Counted from the first letter of the whole stretch, positions 26,576 through 39,110 are shown. The stretch is 63,067 bases of DNA, filler included, from Octopus bimaculoides (GCF_001194135.2; 3 parts of 3 records of this genome joined end to end with filler, not necessarily neighbours in it), one strand, 5' to 3'. The notes: generated by a model from the letters alone, not told the origin. Numbers and translations: made by a program.

Positions 26576-27285
26576 CTTTATTTATTTAATTTCTAATGAA
26601 CATGAATGGGATATACCAATACTATATTTGCATACACATGCATAAACTAAGAATATGCAAAAGAAACTAATAAATTATAGTAACTAATGAATTTATGTTA
26701 TATCAAATCTTAATCCTTTTATAAATTTGTCCTCAACGTCCATACTTGTTTTCAGACTTTTAGTTAGTCATGGCTTTAAACATTCTGAGCAATAGAAAAC
26801 TTTCCTTTCACAAGTCTCAAATTATTCTGGTAATTGAAAAAAGAAATAGAAATGTGTATCATATATGATGCACAGACACTAGGGGAATATATCCTGTATA
26901 TCACTTGTGATATACAGGACAGGCAAAGAGTTAACGATAGAAAGACAATAAAGGTCTCTGGTAGAATTTGAACCCAGAATGTAGATGTCTAGATCTGGAT
27001 GCTGACAGGCGATTTATCTGGTTGTCAACTGCCATTTCTGTTTCTTCACTACATCACTATTCCTAATACATAATTCCTATATTTAATTGCTATTGTTGTC
27101 TTTCACTGTTTAACTAATATCTCATTTAATTGATATAATATTCAACTATACTGTTTTTTTTTCTAAAGAAAGGAATATAATAGAGCTTAGAAATTAAAAT
27201 TAAAAAAAAGGCTATTCAGAGATTAAACATTTAGCGGAAAAAAAGTAAATGCAAAATTAATAATATTGATAATCATAAAATATAA

Positions 27286-27474
27286 GGAGTTGCCAAGAAT
27301 AGAGAAAGAAATAAGCGGAATATATAACAACATGGAAATTGAATATTGCTCTTCTGAATACCTCAAAAAAATATTTTTCCTGGAAATGAAGTCGGAAAAT
27401 ATAAATTAAAAAGCAAATTCTACGTGCTAGATGATAAAGAAGTGTGTGTGTAAGGTAAACACACGTGATATATA

Positions 27475-27538
<64 letters not shown>

Positions 27539-29216
27539 TGTGTGTGTATGTATGGGTAAACATAGTGATATGTGTGTGTGTATCGCACGGAATATATGTG
27601 CATACAGAAATATGAATACACAAATTTTCGTTTAAATAAACTTTGCAGGGAAAATGAGAGATAGGAGAAAAAACAAAACAAAACGAAAAACAAAAAATTA
27701 AAAAATAATTGACTACTTCATCGAAATAACAAGCATTTGTGTTCTTTTTCTACCTTTTCTGGTTTTTTTTTTACTTTTTACTGTCAAATTTTGTTTTGCA
27801 TTGTATTAATCAGTTACTATTAGAATGAGCAATTGTATAGCAAAAGAGCAAAATAAAATAAAAACATAAATAAAAAGAAAGAAGAGTCTTTCTTCGTTCC
27901 ATTGTTCCTTCCATCCATTCTTCCATTTATCCTCCCATCCATCTATCCATCGTTCATTTTGGTTTAGTTATGCCCGTAGGAAAAATTTTTGTTCTTATTT
28001 TATTACATGAATTCAAATTCCATCTCCTTTCTTTTTTTGTTTTCCTACATTAAATCTTGTTCTGTTTTTGCATTAAGCTCATATTTTGGGATTTTGTGTA
28101 GATTTGAGGAAATAAATAAAACAAGCAGTAAAATGGAAACAAAAACAGAACATAAGAAAACACTTTACAGAAATTAGTCTAATATTCTGCAACTATTCTT
28201 GATGGTAAGATTGTTGTTTGGAGGCTCCGGCCATTTCTGCTTGAAAGTGGTTAGTTTTACAACACTCACAAAAGATTCTTCAATTTGGTACTTCTACAAA
28301 AGAACTCTGCCCGTTGGCGGTGTTTACTGTATCAACAAATGAAGAAAATTGGATACTAAAAGTTTGTATCATACGGGCCAGATATTCCTGACCAAAATAC
28401 ACGATCTGGTTGTTTTTCTCAATTAGAGAGGGAAAAAGAACCCATGTATGCGTATGTGTGTAAGTGTCTATATGTGTGTTTGCAGCACGTTTAGTTTTAC
28501 GTTACTTTCTGAATTAGGAGTATTAGGTTCGAAACCAAGGTTTTTAAAAAAAAACTTAGACGTATTAATTCTTGTTTAGTAATGATGAATCTCGAAGCAA
28601 ATAACGCTATAAATAATTGAGGTGCAAATATTGGGTTAAAAATGCTTTGGATAGAAAATGTTGAAAATGTTTTTTGCAATTTTTACACTCTATTATAATT
28701 TTATTTGAGGCGGAAAGCTGGTGAACCGTTAGCACGCCAGACAAAATGTTTAGGGGCATTTCGCTTGTCTTTACGTTCTGAGTTCGAATTCCACTTGTCT
28801 TTTAACCCTTTCAGGATCAATGAAAAAGTATCAGGTGTACATCTAGTTGACATACCACCTGCCTTAAAATTTCAGGCCTTGTGTTTATAGTAGAGAAGAT
28901 CATTTATAGTTTTATTTGCTGCGCGATTCTCTGTTCGTGAAAAAGAATTATTTTATATTCTTGAAGTTTCTAAATTCTTAAAATTTAAGTACATAGATTA
29001 TTTTTCAACCAAGTTAGTGTTTAAAAACAGATGTTACACAACGTTATGCTAACTAATGAAATAAAAGGAGTAGACAAGAATAAAGAAAGAAATAAGTGGA
29101 AAATATAACATAGTGAAAATTGAATATTGATGTTTAGAACATGTTAAAAATTATTTTTCATGGAAATCAAGTCGGAAAATATAAAAGAAATTCTACAAGT
29201 TTGAATAAGTATATAT

Positions 29217-29256
<40 letters not shown>

Positions 29257-29371
29257 TCATGTACATGAAAATGAAGCAATATACATATAGTTAGTAGATA
29301 TAATGTATGGAATATATGTATATATTGGAATATGATTCTCTTGTAAATAAACTTTAGTGGGAAAATGAGAG
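27286..29371 (+). repeat. Old direct duplication of about 300-370 bp (27286-27660 and 29067-29371), each with an internal microsatellite
   Basis: Shared blocks GGAGT.G.CAAGAATA.AGAAAGAAATAAG.GGAA, GGAAAT.AAGTCGGAAAATATAAA and TAAATAAACTTT...GGGAAAATGAGAG occur in the same order. Confidence 0.8.
28705..28895 (+). mobile_element. SINE family B copy
   Basis: GAGGCGGAAAGCTGGTGAACCGTTAGCACGCCAGACAAAATG...CGTTCTGAGTTCGAATTCC...TTTCAGGCCTTGTG..TATAGTAGA. Confidence 0.8.
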
Positions 29372-29611
29372 AATAAACGAAAAGAATCTAAAACTGGAAA
29401 ACAATAACCAATATACAAAATGAGACTTTAGTTGTAATTTCTTTTTTTTAAATTTAAGTTTAATAAGCAATTTTAAATACTTCAGCAGCCAATGCTTGTC
29501 GCAGAGTACGAACGTAATTCTTCAATCGGAGATCGAAACTTAAGTTCGTACTCTGTGATTCCAGCATGATTATAGATGATACCAGTATTTAATGCTCCTG
29601 GTTGAAACATT

Positions 29612-30924
29612 TTTTTTATCAACAGTTTTTATTTCCTGCTTGCCCTGTTATACTTGAAGACAGCACAGCTACGGAATGTGAGGTCTTGTATAAATAAATG
29701 CAGAACAGGACGTTTTTTTCTTAAAAAGAGAAGCGAGAAAAGGAAGAAAGAGAAATAAAAGACTATACGCCACTACACATTCACTCGTCAATCACTCATA
29801 AAATTTGAATATTGTTATAGTATGCTCTTATGGTTTCACAAGAAGTAATAATACAGGACTACTTCACATTTGCAAACTCATGGTAGAGCATCCACTTTTT
29901 ATAAAACTCGTCTTGCTTACTTTTATTGTAAGATATGTTTTTCTTTTCAATAAGATACCTGTCTTGAACAAAGTATCTAAAATGTTTGAGGCTAAGTGTG
30001 GCTTTTTATACTTTGCCTTTATATATAAAAAATTTTGCTAGTAAATATTAGCAGGTCAAGGATACCATCAGTATATGTATTCTTTCTTAACCCGAGCACA
30101 ATAACTGTGGGCTAAAGTTCGTGTTGCGAACATGTAGGCATTTTTCATGTAGCAGATCAAGGAAGCATTGCCAACAGACTTGTACGTGTTCACAATACCA
30201 AAACAGGTGCGATGTTGTCTCTACTTCACGTTGACAAAAAGTGCACAGGTTGCTTTCTGCTAATTTGATCTTAAATAGGAGAGAATTAGCTGTTAAAATA
30301 TTATAGTATCCGTTGTCGACTTTACAGGTAGTACAAATAATTTTTCCGATTACAGTTCAGCAAGCCGACCTGCACTATTTCGTTCGTGACATTGGCCACA
30401 GACGCAAAATTAACTGTGTTATTACTATTTTGCGGGTTCGTTTCCTTTTGTGATATCTTGTTCGGGTATATCATCCTTTCACCTCATTTCGCGACTTGGG
30501 AGGGAGGGGAACATTTCCGGATATAGTTCGTCTAATAGGATTGCCTGCATCTCGTTTTCCGGTTCGATATCCATGTGTAAAAATTTTACACAAAAAGAGA
30601 AAAATTAAATAATTCGCCCCTTAACAGGAGATATTAAAGGAATTACAGTTGATAATGGGGGTTATCTGTTTTGACGCAATATGCAGACGATAGAGAGTTC
30701 ATTTTAGATGGTTCATAAGAGTCTTTTGAAGCTACAGTTAACACATTGAACTTTTACGCTGATATATCCGGACTTAAAAGACACAGAAAACAGTAAAAGG
30801 TGGTAACAAATCAATTGGTAACAATTCAAATAACAAAGTAGTTCAATAAAGCAAACATATATTCACTTCAGGAGCAGCAAAAGGAGCGCTAAACATTTTG
30901 CCCAGCGGGCGTACGATTCTGGCT
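29612..30924 (-). mobile_element. Internally deleted Tx1/L1-like retroelement with a SINE-like 5' cap, poly(A) and 16-bp TSD
   Basis: Exact direct repeat TCCTGGTTGAAACATT at 29596-29611 and 30925-30940. On the minus strand, AATAAA (29628-29633) precedes an A-run at the left repeat. ORF2 C-terminus ILTANSLLFKIKLAESNLCTFCQREVETTSHLFWYCEHVQVCW...AKFFIYK...YLIEK...FYKKW (about 30305-29859) carries the CxxC-H-C knuckle. Confidence 0.8.
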
Positions 30925-30979
30925 TCCTGGTTGAAACATTAGTATTACATTCCTTTCCCGCCCTCTTCTGTTAACTAAA

Positions 30980-33900
30980 TCTGTTATATATAGACATAAT
31001 GGAACTGTAATTTTCGTAACAGATTGGCAGAATTGTTAGAACGTCGGACAGAACCTTTGGAGCATCGGCACAATCTTTAGAAGTTCAACAGAATCGAGAA
31101 CACATGAGTCAAGAGCAAAGACAGCTGTACTTAGAAAATTTGACAGAGTTCAACAAAGAAGGCAACATATGGACGATGATGAAATGCAGAATTACCTTCA
31201 ACATATGAGAAACAGAGTTCAAGAAAGAAGAAAAAATATGGAAGAAGCTGAAATACAGAATTATCTTATGACAGACAAAATTCAAATAAGAAGACGGAAT
31301 ATAATAAAAGAACAACAAAATTCTCAATTTATGATTGGTGAGATGAACGTAGTTTGCCCGCACTCTCATGCATGTAGATTTCCGCAGGAAGCACTTAATT
31401 GTTTCCGTAATGGTAAGGTTTGCTTGCCGAATCTACGAGAATATCCTAACCAGTTAAAAAAAGTTTTGGAGAATACCGACGTTGAAGGAATGAACTTTAG
31501 ACAGAACATCAGAAACTATAATTCAATGTATTCATTTGCCTCATTTGGAGCCAATGTCACATCACCTCCTGGTCGTGGCCCGTACTGTTTCCGCTTGCAA
31601 GGACAAGTCTATCATCACGCAAGCAACTTACATCCTGAAAACAATGAACCTAGAAGATATGCTCGACTCTATATTGTTGATTCTAAAGAAGCCTTACAAA
31701 CATGAGCTGAAGTTCCTGAAAATATTAATTGCTTGCAGTCAGTAATGGAAAAGATTTCTACAGTCATGCTGAATAATCCATATACTGCATCACATTTAAA
31801 TATGCGCACTGCTGAACAAGAACAAGAAAGAAAAGGAGCAGCCAGAGAAAATGTTAATCCGAGTAAAGTAACTATGTATTTCATTTCAGGCCCAGATGCC
31901 AGGAGATACAATAACCCTGTTAATAATGAAATTGCAGCTGTATTCGTAGGTGAAGATGGTGCATCTCCAGTTCATCGTGATATAATAATATATCCTCGAG
32001 GTGAACAAAGGTAACAAATATCGTATCTCTCGCAGTAATTAGATCCTATGATTTATCCAATACTATTGGTTGGCACATAAGTATGGAACATGTGCAAAAG
32101 AGGCAAACAAGAGTTCGCAATAAAGTCACGATGCAACAATACTATTGCTATCGTTTAGCAATAATGGATGAATTTAGTCCAATTCACAAATCAGGCAAGC
32201 TACTTTAGCAGTATATTGTTGATGCTTATATTAAAGTATAAGGCTGTCGTCCGTATTATATCAGAAAGCAACAAAATGAATTAAGAGTTGCTTTATATTC
32301 AGGGCTCATTGACCACTTGGAAAGGAATGATTATGATAGAGATCCTGGTGTCCCTGTTATTCTTCCCTCTTCATTTACAGACAGTCCAAGAAATATGCAA
32401 CAGTCATATCAGGATGCCATGTCCATTGTTTGTAAATATGAGAAACCTGATTTATTTTTAACATATAATGCAACCCAAGATGTTCTGATATTACAAACAA
32501 CTTGGGACCCACCGAAACAGCTTAAAATAGGTCTGACTTAGTGTCATGTGTGTATAAAGCTCATCTTAATGAATTGATGACTGATATTAAAGACAGACAT
32601 ATTCTGAGGGTTCCTGTTGCACACATTCACGTTATTAAATCCCCCAAAACGAGGTTTGCCACATTGTCACATGCTAATTATGTTGCTGTGTGAACAAGAT
32701 AAACCAAGGACACGGGAGCAAATTGATTCTCTTGTAACAGCTGAAATCTCTGACAGAAACGAACCTCTTCGTGAATTAGTCACATCTCTGATGATTCACG
32801 GACCTTGTGGAACACATAAACCTGGTTCTGTTTGTATGGTAAACGGACAATATCAAAAGAATTTTCCTAAAGAATTTCGTGAAGAAACTATAGAAAACGT
32901 AAATTGATATCCTGCCTACAAACGAAGAAATCACAAGGATTCAGTTCGTGTTGGAAATTACATTGCCAACAATTGATTTGTAGTGCCTTTCAATAAGTAT
33001 CTACTAAAGAAATACTTGGAAATCTGTTCGTCGGTTAAAAGCATAAAATATATTTTAAAATATGTTTATAAAGGACATGACTATGCAACAAAATGTCAAT
33101 GAAAGTGAAGAAATAAGACTGCATCAGCAGTATGATGAAATAAAACAATTCTTATCTTGAAGATATGTTTCCGCCTCTGAAGCAATGTGGCGCTAATCCA
33201 GCTGTCCTATGTATAGCCAATCTCATCTTCTAGGTGAACAGAGAGTGTATTATCGACAGAGAGAGCAACAAGGAGCAGTTGATAGAGCTCGAGAACGTGA
33301 CACAACATTAACTTCTTGGTTCAAATCAAACCAAAGTGATATAAATGCTCGCCCTTTTTTGTATCGCGAAATTCCTGGAAACTACGTATTCAATAAGAAA
33401 AATACATGTTGGACACACAGACAACGACCATGCAGTATTGTCAGCAGAATATACTCTGTGAGTCTAAGAGAAGTTGAAAAGCTTCATTTGAAGCTGTTGT
33501 TACTTCATGTTCCTGGAGCCACTTCCTATGAGGACTTAAAGACAGTAGAAGGAGAAATTTTACCATCGTTTAAAAAGCTTGCATCAGACTAAGATTATTA
33601 GACGATAACGAAGAACTAATCAATACTTTCAGAGACATTCTAAATCAATATTTAGAATGTCAGGTCAGTTACTCAATTTGTTTGCCATGACTTGCTTATT
33701 TAACCATCCACAAAATGCCCTTCAAATATGGAATAAATACAAAGAAGATATGATTGAGCATTTAGTTACAAAGCACGATGAATCCACTGCCGAAAATTTG
33801 GCTTTACATTCATTGAGTGGCGTATTCAGAGAACATGGAATCTCTTGCAGCACGTTTGATTTGCCAGAACCCATTGGACAAAGACAGGATAATGACATGC

Positions 33901-35343
33901 CCATTGAACCTGCTAATATAAGTACTTTAAATCACGAACAGCTTCAAGTGCTACAAACTATAATGGAAGCTGTTGCTGCAGTTGATAGAAGCCAATTAGA
34001 AAATGGAAATTGTTTCTAGCTAGACGCCCCCAGTGGTTCTGGAAAAACATATCTTTTCAATATGTTACAACATTATCGTACTGCTAACGGAATTACTGTA
34101 AGCATAGCAGCATGGACAGGTATTGCTGCTACATTATTGACAAATGGCAAAACTATTCACAGCATCTTTAAGTTACCAGTGCCATTTACAGAAAATAGTG
34201 TTTGCAATGTACCACCAGATTCAGAACACGCTATCAAACTTTGATGCATACAAGTTTTTATAGTTGATGAAGCATCAATGATTCCCAGTTATGCTTTAAA
34301 AGCAATAAATAGGTGCTTTAAATACATAATGGGAAACGAGGCAATATTTGGAGGAAAAATAATTCTACTTGGAAGCGATTTCAGACAAACTCTTCCAATT
34401 GTTCCCCGAGCTCATTCAGTAGCTATCATTGATGCATGCATTAAAAGATCACATTTATGACATAATTTTCATCACCTTAGGTTAACTCGAAATATGAGGG
34501 CAGATGTTAATGAACAAGAATTTTCTAAGTGGCTACTTCTCCTTGGCAATGGTTCCCTAAACAGTGTTCTCCAAGATGTTCCACTACATACTGCTGACGT
34601 ACCTACTTCTTTCTGCTATCAAACATCACTTGTTCCAGAAATTTCCAGCAACTGCAAGCCAGAAGAAATGGAAACACAAGTAATTTTATCTCCTAAAAAT
34701 TCTGACTGTCTTGCCATAAATGAAAAAGTTCTTAATATTATACCAGAGGCACTTAAAACGTACTTAAGCACAGATCCAGTGTCCTGCAATAATGAGGAGA
34801 AGGTTCAGAACTATCCATTTGAATTCATAAACTCACTCACTCCATCCGGTATGCCTCCTCATCGCCTCAACCTAAAAGTAGGGGCTATTGTAATGCTGCT
34901 AAATAATCTTTCGATCAGTCAAGGATTATGTAATGGAACTCGCATGAAAGTGAAAAGACTTCATGAACATTGTGTAGAGGTATCATTGGTAACAGGCTTC
35001 AACAGATGCTCTGTTCTAATTCCCAGAATTAAACTTAGCCCAAGTGATGCAAATATTCCATTCACACAAAACAGACTTCAGTTTCCACTTCGACATGCAT
35101 ATTCAATGACAATTAATAAGGCTCAAGGGCAAACATTTGAAAAAGTTGGATTATATTTGCCTAAACCGGTATTTTTTCATGGCCATTTATATGTCGCATT
35201 TTCAAGAGCACGAGCTATGAACAATATCAAAGTAAGAGTTATCACACTCAATCGGGATAACAGACAAGGCCAAAAACGTGGTGTGACATACACACAAAAT
35301 ATTGTCTAACATGAAGTACTGTGAAGACCACAGCACCAGCTAG
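30980..35343 (+). mobile_element. Helitron (formerly autonomous, now decayed)
   Basis: RepHel remnant spans the interval. The 3' end has hairpin GTACTGTG-AAGAC-CACAGCAC (35316-35336) followed by CTAG (35340-35343). The candidate 5' end A|TCTGTTATATATAG at 30980 is less certain. The base after CTAG is C rather than the canonical T. Confidence 0.85.
31075..35324 (+). pseudogene. Helitron RepHel (HUH replication initiator + Pif1-like SF1 helicase) pseudogene
   Basis: Motifs in order: YNSMYSFASFGA/GPYCFRLQGQVYH, KPDLFLT (Rep motif 1), RGLPHCHML (HUH, 32662-32670), KYILKYVYKGHD (Tyr motif, 33046-33081), LDAPSGSGKT (Walker A, ~34020), IVDEASMIP, GSDFRQTLP, LCNGTR and QFPLRHAYSMTINKAQGQT...HGHLYVAFSR. 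Many stops and frameshifts. Confidence 0.95.
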
Positions 35344-35509
35344 CATCACTACCACACCAGCCGATCCATCATTACACATCCACATTAAGGCTCCTATGTG
35401 GGGTGTGGTTGTACTTTACAGGCATCTAGTTGCACTTTTCGAAACATCAGAATTCACATCTCCTCACGTTACTTTAATATATTTCATGATGAGAACATAT
35501 TTCATATAC

Positions 35510-35705
35510 TTTCTAATTTTGGCACAAGGCCAGCAGTTTTGAGGGAAGCGAGGGAGTCGATTATATTGACCTCCAGTACCTGACTAGTACTTTATTTTAT
35601 GTAAGTCCACCGAGTTGACCTGACTGGGACTTGAACTCAGAACGTAAAGATTCGCAAGAAATGCTACTAAGCATTTTTGTCGATGCGTTAACCATTCTAC
35701 CACGT
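35510..35705 (-). mobile_element. SINE family B copy
   Basis: TTTTGGCACAAGGCCAGCAGTTTTGAGGG...GACTTGAACTCAGAACGTAAAG...GCTACTAAGCATTT. Confidence 0.8.
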
Positions 35706-37369
35706 AACGCATTCAGCATGAATATTTCTTAATATCGAACATTTCTGGTGTCCTTGGCAACAAGTACTTTTATCTATGTTGAATTTTATTTGGTCTTCTA
35801 TAAAATTGTGTTCGAAATTTATCTTTTATTCGTCTGTATTTCATTGAAATATTTCAATGCTTCAAAATTATATTGACATCCATCAAATGAAGACATACTA
35901 GTGATTGCAATAATATATTTTGCTAAAATGTATATCCTATTAGATTTACGCTTCTTCAATACTTAGAGAGAAGATTATAGCAACAAGAACGACAATCATT
36001 ACGATGATGACGACAAGGAGAATATCACATTTCAAATTGGATATCACACAGAGAATGAGATAACAAACAAAATTGATTCTGCTAAAAAAACTAAAGACAG
36101 AACAAAAATAAAACAGAAGAAAACATGTAAATAAAAAAGGTTTCGGACAAAGTGGTGATTATTTTGTAATGTTGTGTAAAGCTTCATGTTCATACTATGA
36201 CGTAGCTTTTGACCAACATTTTGGAACTAATGTCAAGCTGGGTAGCAAAACTGATCTGATCATCATTTGAAGCTGTTTCGTATAAGTTACAGCGCAAACA
36301 CAACTAGAATTAAAAACAAAAATACAGCAAAACAACAACAACAACAACAACGCAGAAATTGCTACTTCGAGTGATTCTTTCTTTCTAAAATATAAGCACT
36401 TCATGGGTAATCTAGCAGAACGATGTAATTATGATCGTTGTGGAATAAAAAATAACATAAGCAACTATGGCAAGAGGTTGCAACATGGTTTATGTTCTCG
36501 CTGGATCTCAATGCAGTTTTATTACAATTCGTTGCTATCATGCAAAAGTGTCGAAAGTCTAAAACGTTGCTTTTTCAGAAAACGAAAAAATAGTTTCACC
36601 ATTCCATTTCTTTTTACATTAGCAACAGTTTCAGCTTAACAATAATACTTTGTTGGGTGCATGAAATCGTAACTCCATGCATATATATTTTCAGTCAGAA
36701 ATACCTATGCAAAACTGTCGTATGTGGGGCTTATATTTTTGAAAAATTCTAAACTGTTGTACTACATTTTGAAAATTTTCATATCTTGGCGTCTGAAGTA
36801 GCTGGAGATACGATAGTTTGGCCAAAAGAACCGGCTATTGCAAGCAGAATTAAATATTGAAAAACAGAAAAAAACGCATTTGGCCAAATTTGGACATACG
36901 GTAGTTTAAAATAACAAATTATACACCGAAATAAGTGAACATTGTTTGTTCATTTTCAAGGTATTTTCCGAAATAGAATGTTCAATCTCTGTGCAGAGTT
37001 ACAAGAAAGTTGTAAATGAAGTAGAGGGAGTAATAAGGAAAAGAAATAAATGAAAGAAAATAACTGTTGATGGCTCTAATTCACAACAGTTGGTTACAAA
37101 AGCCAATTATAGCCGTTTATATTGTTGGTGACTTATAAAAAAGAATGGAAACATCGATTTTTTCTCCTGTAAAATATACAGATTTTTGTTCAAAAATGGA
37201 ACCGAACTGTAGCGTATTTAGGAGAGTAAGGTCGGTGCTTAACATTTCAATACCGGATTTAAGTTCTTATAGTTTTACTCCGACACATATAGGTTCTTGT
37301 GAATGCATCTTTTTACTAGTTCATTTGCTATACCTTTCTTCCCCTCAGTGCTAGTGATGAGGGTCAATA

Positions 37370-37628
37370 AAACCTGTACCCTGCTTTTACTAATTCTTTT
37401 ATACACCAATGTACACTCTCTCGACTCTCCCACTCTTTGACCCAGTGATAAATCCAGGATATGACAAATGGATAGAGAGAGTGCTGCATCAGCAACCACT
37501 GGCATTTGTATTATGTTGAGAAGACTAGAGATACGTGAAATAAAGTGCCTTGCCGCCGAACCCTGGATTTGAAACCGAACCATGATGATCGTGAACGGAG
37601 CACCATAACCACTAGGCCACATGCCGTC
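37370..37628 (-). mobile_element. tRNA-derived SINE family C
   Basis: Reverse-complement head GGCATGTGGCCTAGTGGTTATGGTGCTCCGTTCACGATCATCATGGTTCGGTTTCAAATCC is related to the 25822 head. Confidence 0.65.
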
Positions 37629-37664
37629 CCATAAAGGAAATAAGAATTACTGATATACTGATTT

Positions 37665-39110
37665 CAAATTTTAGTACAAGGCCAGTAATTTCGGGGGAAG
37701 GGGCAAGTCGATCCCATCAAGCTCAGTGTTCAACTGGTAATTATTCTACCGACTCCAAAGGGAGGAAAGGCAAAGTGGTCTTCGGCAGATTTTGAATTCA
37801 GAACGTGAAGACTGTCGAAATGCCACTAATCTTTTTTCCCGGCGTGCTAGCGATTCTGCCAGCTCACCGCATTAAAAATTACTAATATACTGGTATAAAT
37901 TCAAAAAACCTGCCGTATTTAAAAGTCTATCAGTATGGCGCTAGTGAAGTTAGCCAGATGGTAACGGTCTCTTCATATAGCTAATATTTTATTGCTTTCC
38001 GTAGTTACCAGCGGGGTTTCGATTGTTGCATTCTGTGCGTTTGCTATTGAAACTTTGTTCAACTCGTAAATGTTGATGGTTTCTTTGACTGCATCCTGTA
38101 CTTATCTGTATTCAGATCAGTTTAATCGTTTGGCATTTCATTCGAGAAGGTTTCTTTATAAGAATCGGAAAAACATAACATGTCTCTAATAAACGAGGGA
38201 ATAAAACCTTTAAAAAGTGGTAGACACAGAATAAGACAGAAACGAACATTATAAAAAAGCCGTCAGTCAAGTGACGGCAGTAATTACAGTGTTAATAATA
38301 ATTTCTGGCATAGGCACGACGCTAAAAATTTGGAGGGAGGGAAAAGCCTTTTATATTAGTGCTTAATTTTGTCCACCTGGAAGGATGAAAGACGAGATTG
38401 TTCTTAGAAGGACTTGAACGCAGAATGTAAGGGAGTTTTACACAATACTAAAAGTTCTATCTACTCTGCCATCCACTCATCTCCAAATAATTGTCTCTAA
38501 TCTCGGCACAAGGCCAACAATTTTAAAGCAAGACGTTTAGTCGATATCATAAATCTCATTACTTGATTGATACTTTATTTAATCGGCTTCGAAAAAAATA
38601 GAAGCCAAAATTGATCTCGGCAGGAATTTGAACTCAAAACGTAGAAAGCAAATAACACAAAACGGTTCGGCAAGCTCACCGCCCTATAATTTCTGATTTA
38701 GGCAAAGGGTCAGCAATCCTAAGAAAAGACTTTCGAGGAATCTGTCTATCTTAGTTTCTAGACTGCTATTTCATTTTACTCAACTCGAGAGGATGAAAGG
38801 CAAAGTTGACCTCGGTGGGATTTGAACTCAGAACGTCACAATGAGGAAATTATCATTTTCCTGACATGCCAGTTTTCAGGCACTTCTAAACAATAGTCTC
38901 AAATTTTGACATAAAGCCAACAGTTTTGAAAGAAATGAACAAGGATACACAAACGATCACAATACTTGACCTGTATTTATAGCGACCTCGGGGTGAGGAG
39001 AGGCAAAGACCCTGCTAGAATTTGAATTCAAAACGTAATGAGTTGGTCGAAAGGAAGCATTTTATTCGGTGCTCTAACTATTCTGACAGCTTGCTACCCT
39101 CAGCCACCCG
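37665..39110 (-). mobile_element. Array of at least 5 same-orientation SINE family B copies (~37665, 38300, 38495, 38690, 38895)
   Basis: Repeated GCACAAGGCCA.CAATTTT-like tails and GAAAGGCAAAG..GACCTCGG...TTTGAA.TCA.AACGT cores, spaced about 190-200 bp apart from 38300. Confidence 0.8.

Noticed and set aside
37665-39110. CRISPR-like regularly spaced repeats
   Set aside because: Units are ~200-bp diverged SINE copies in a eukaryotic context; there are no short identical repeats with unique spacers and no cas genes.
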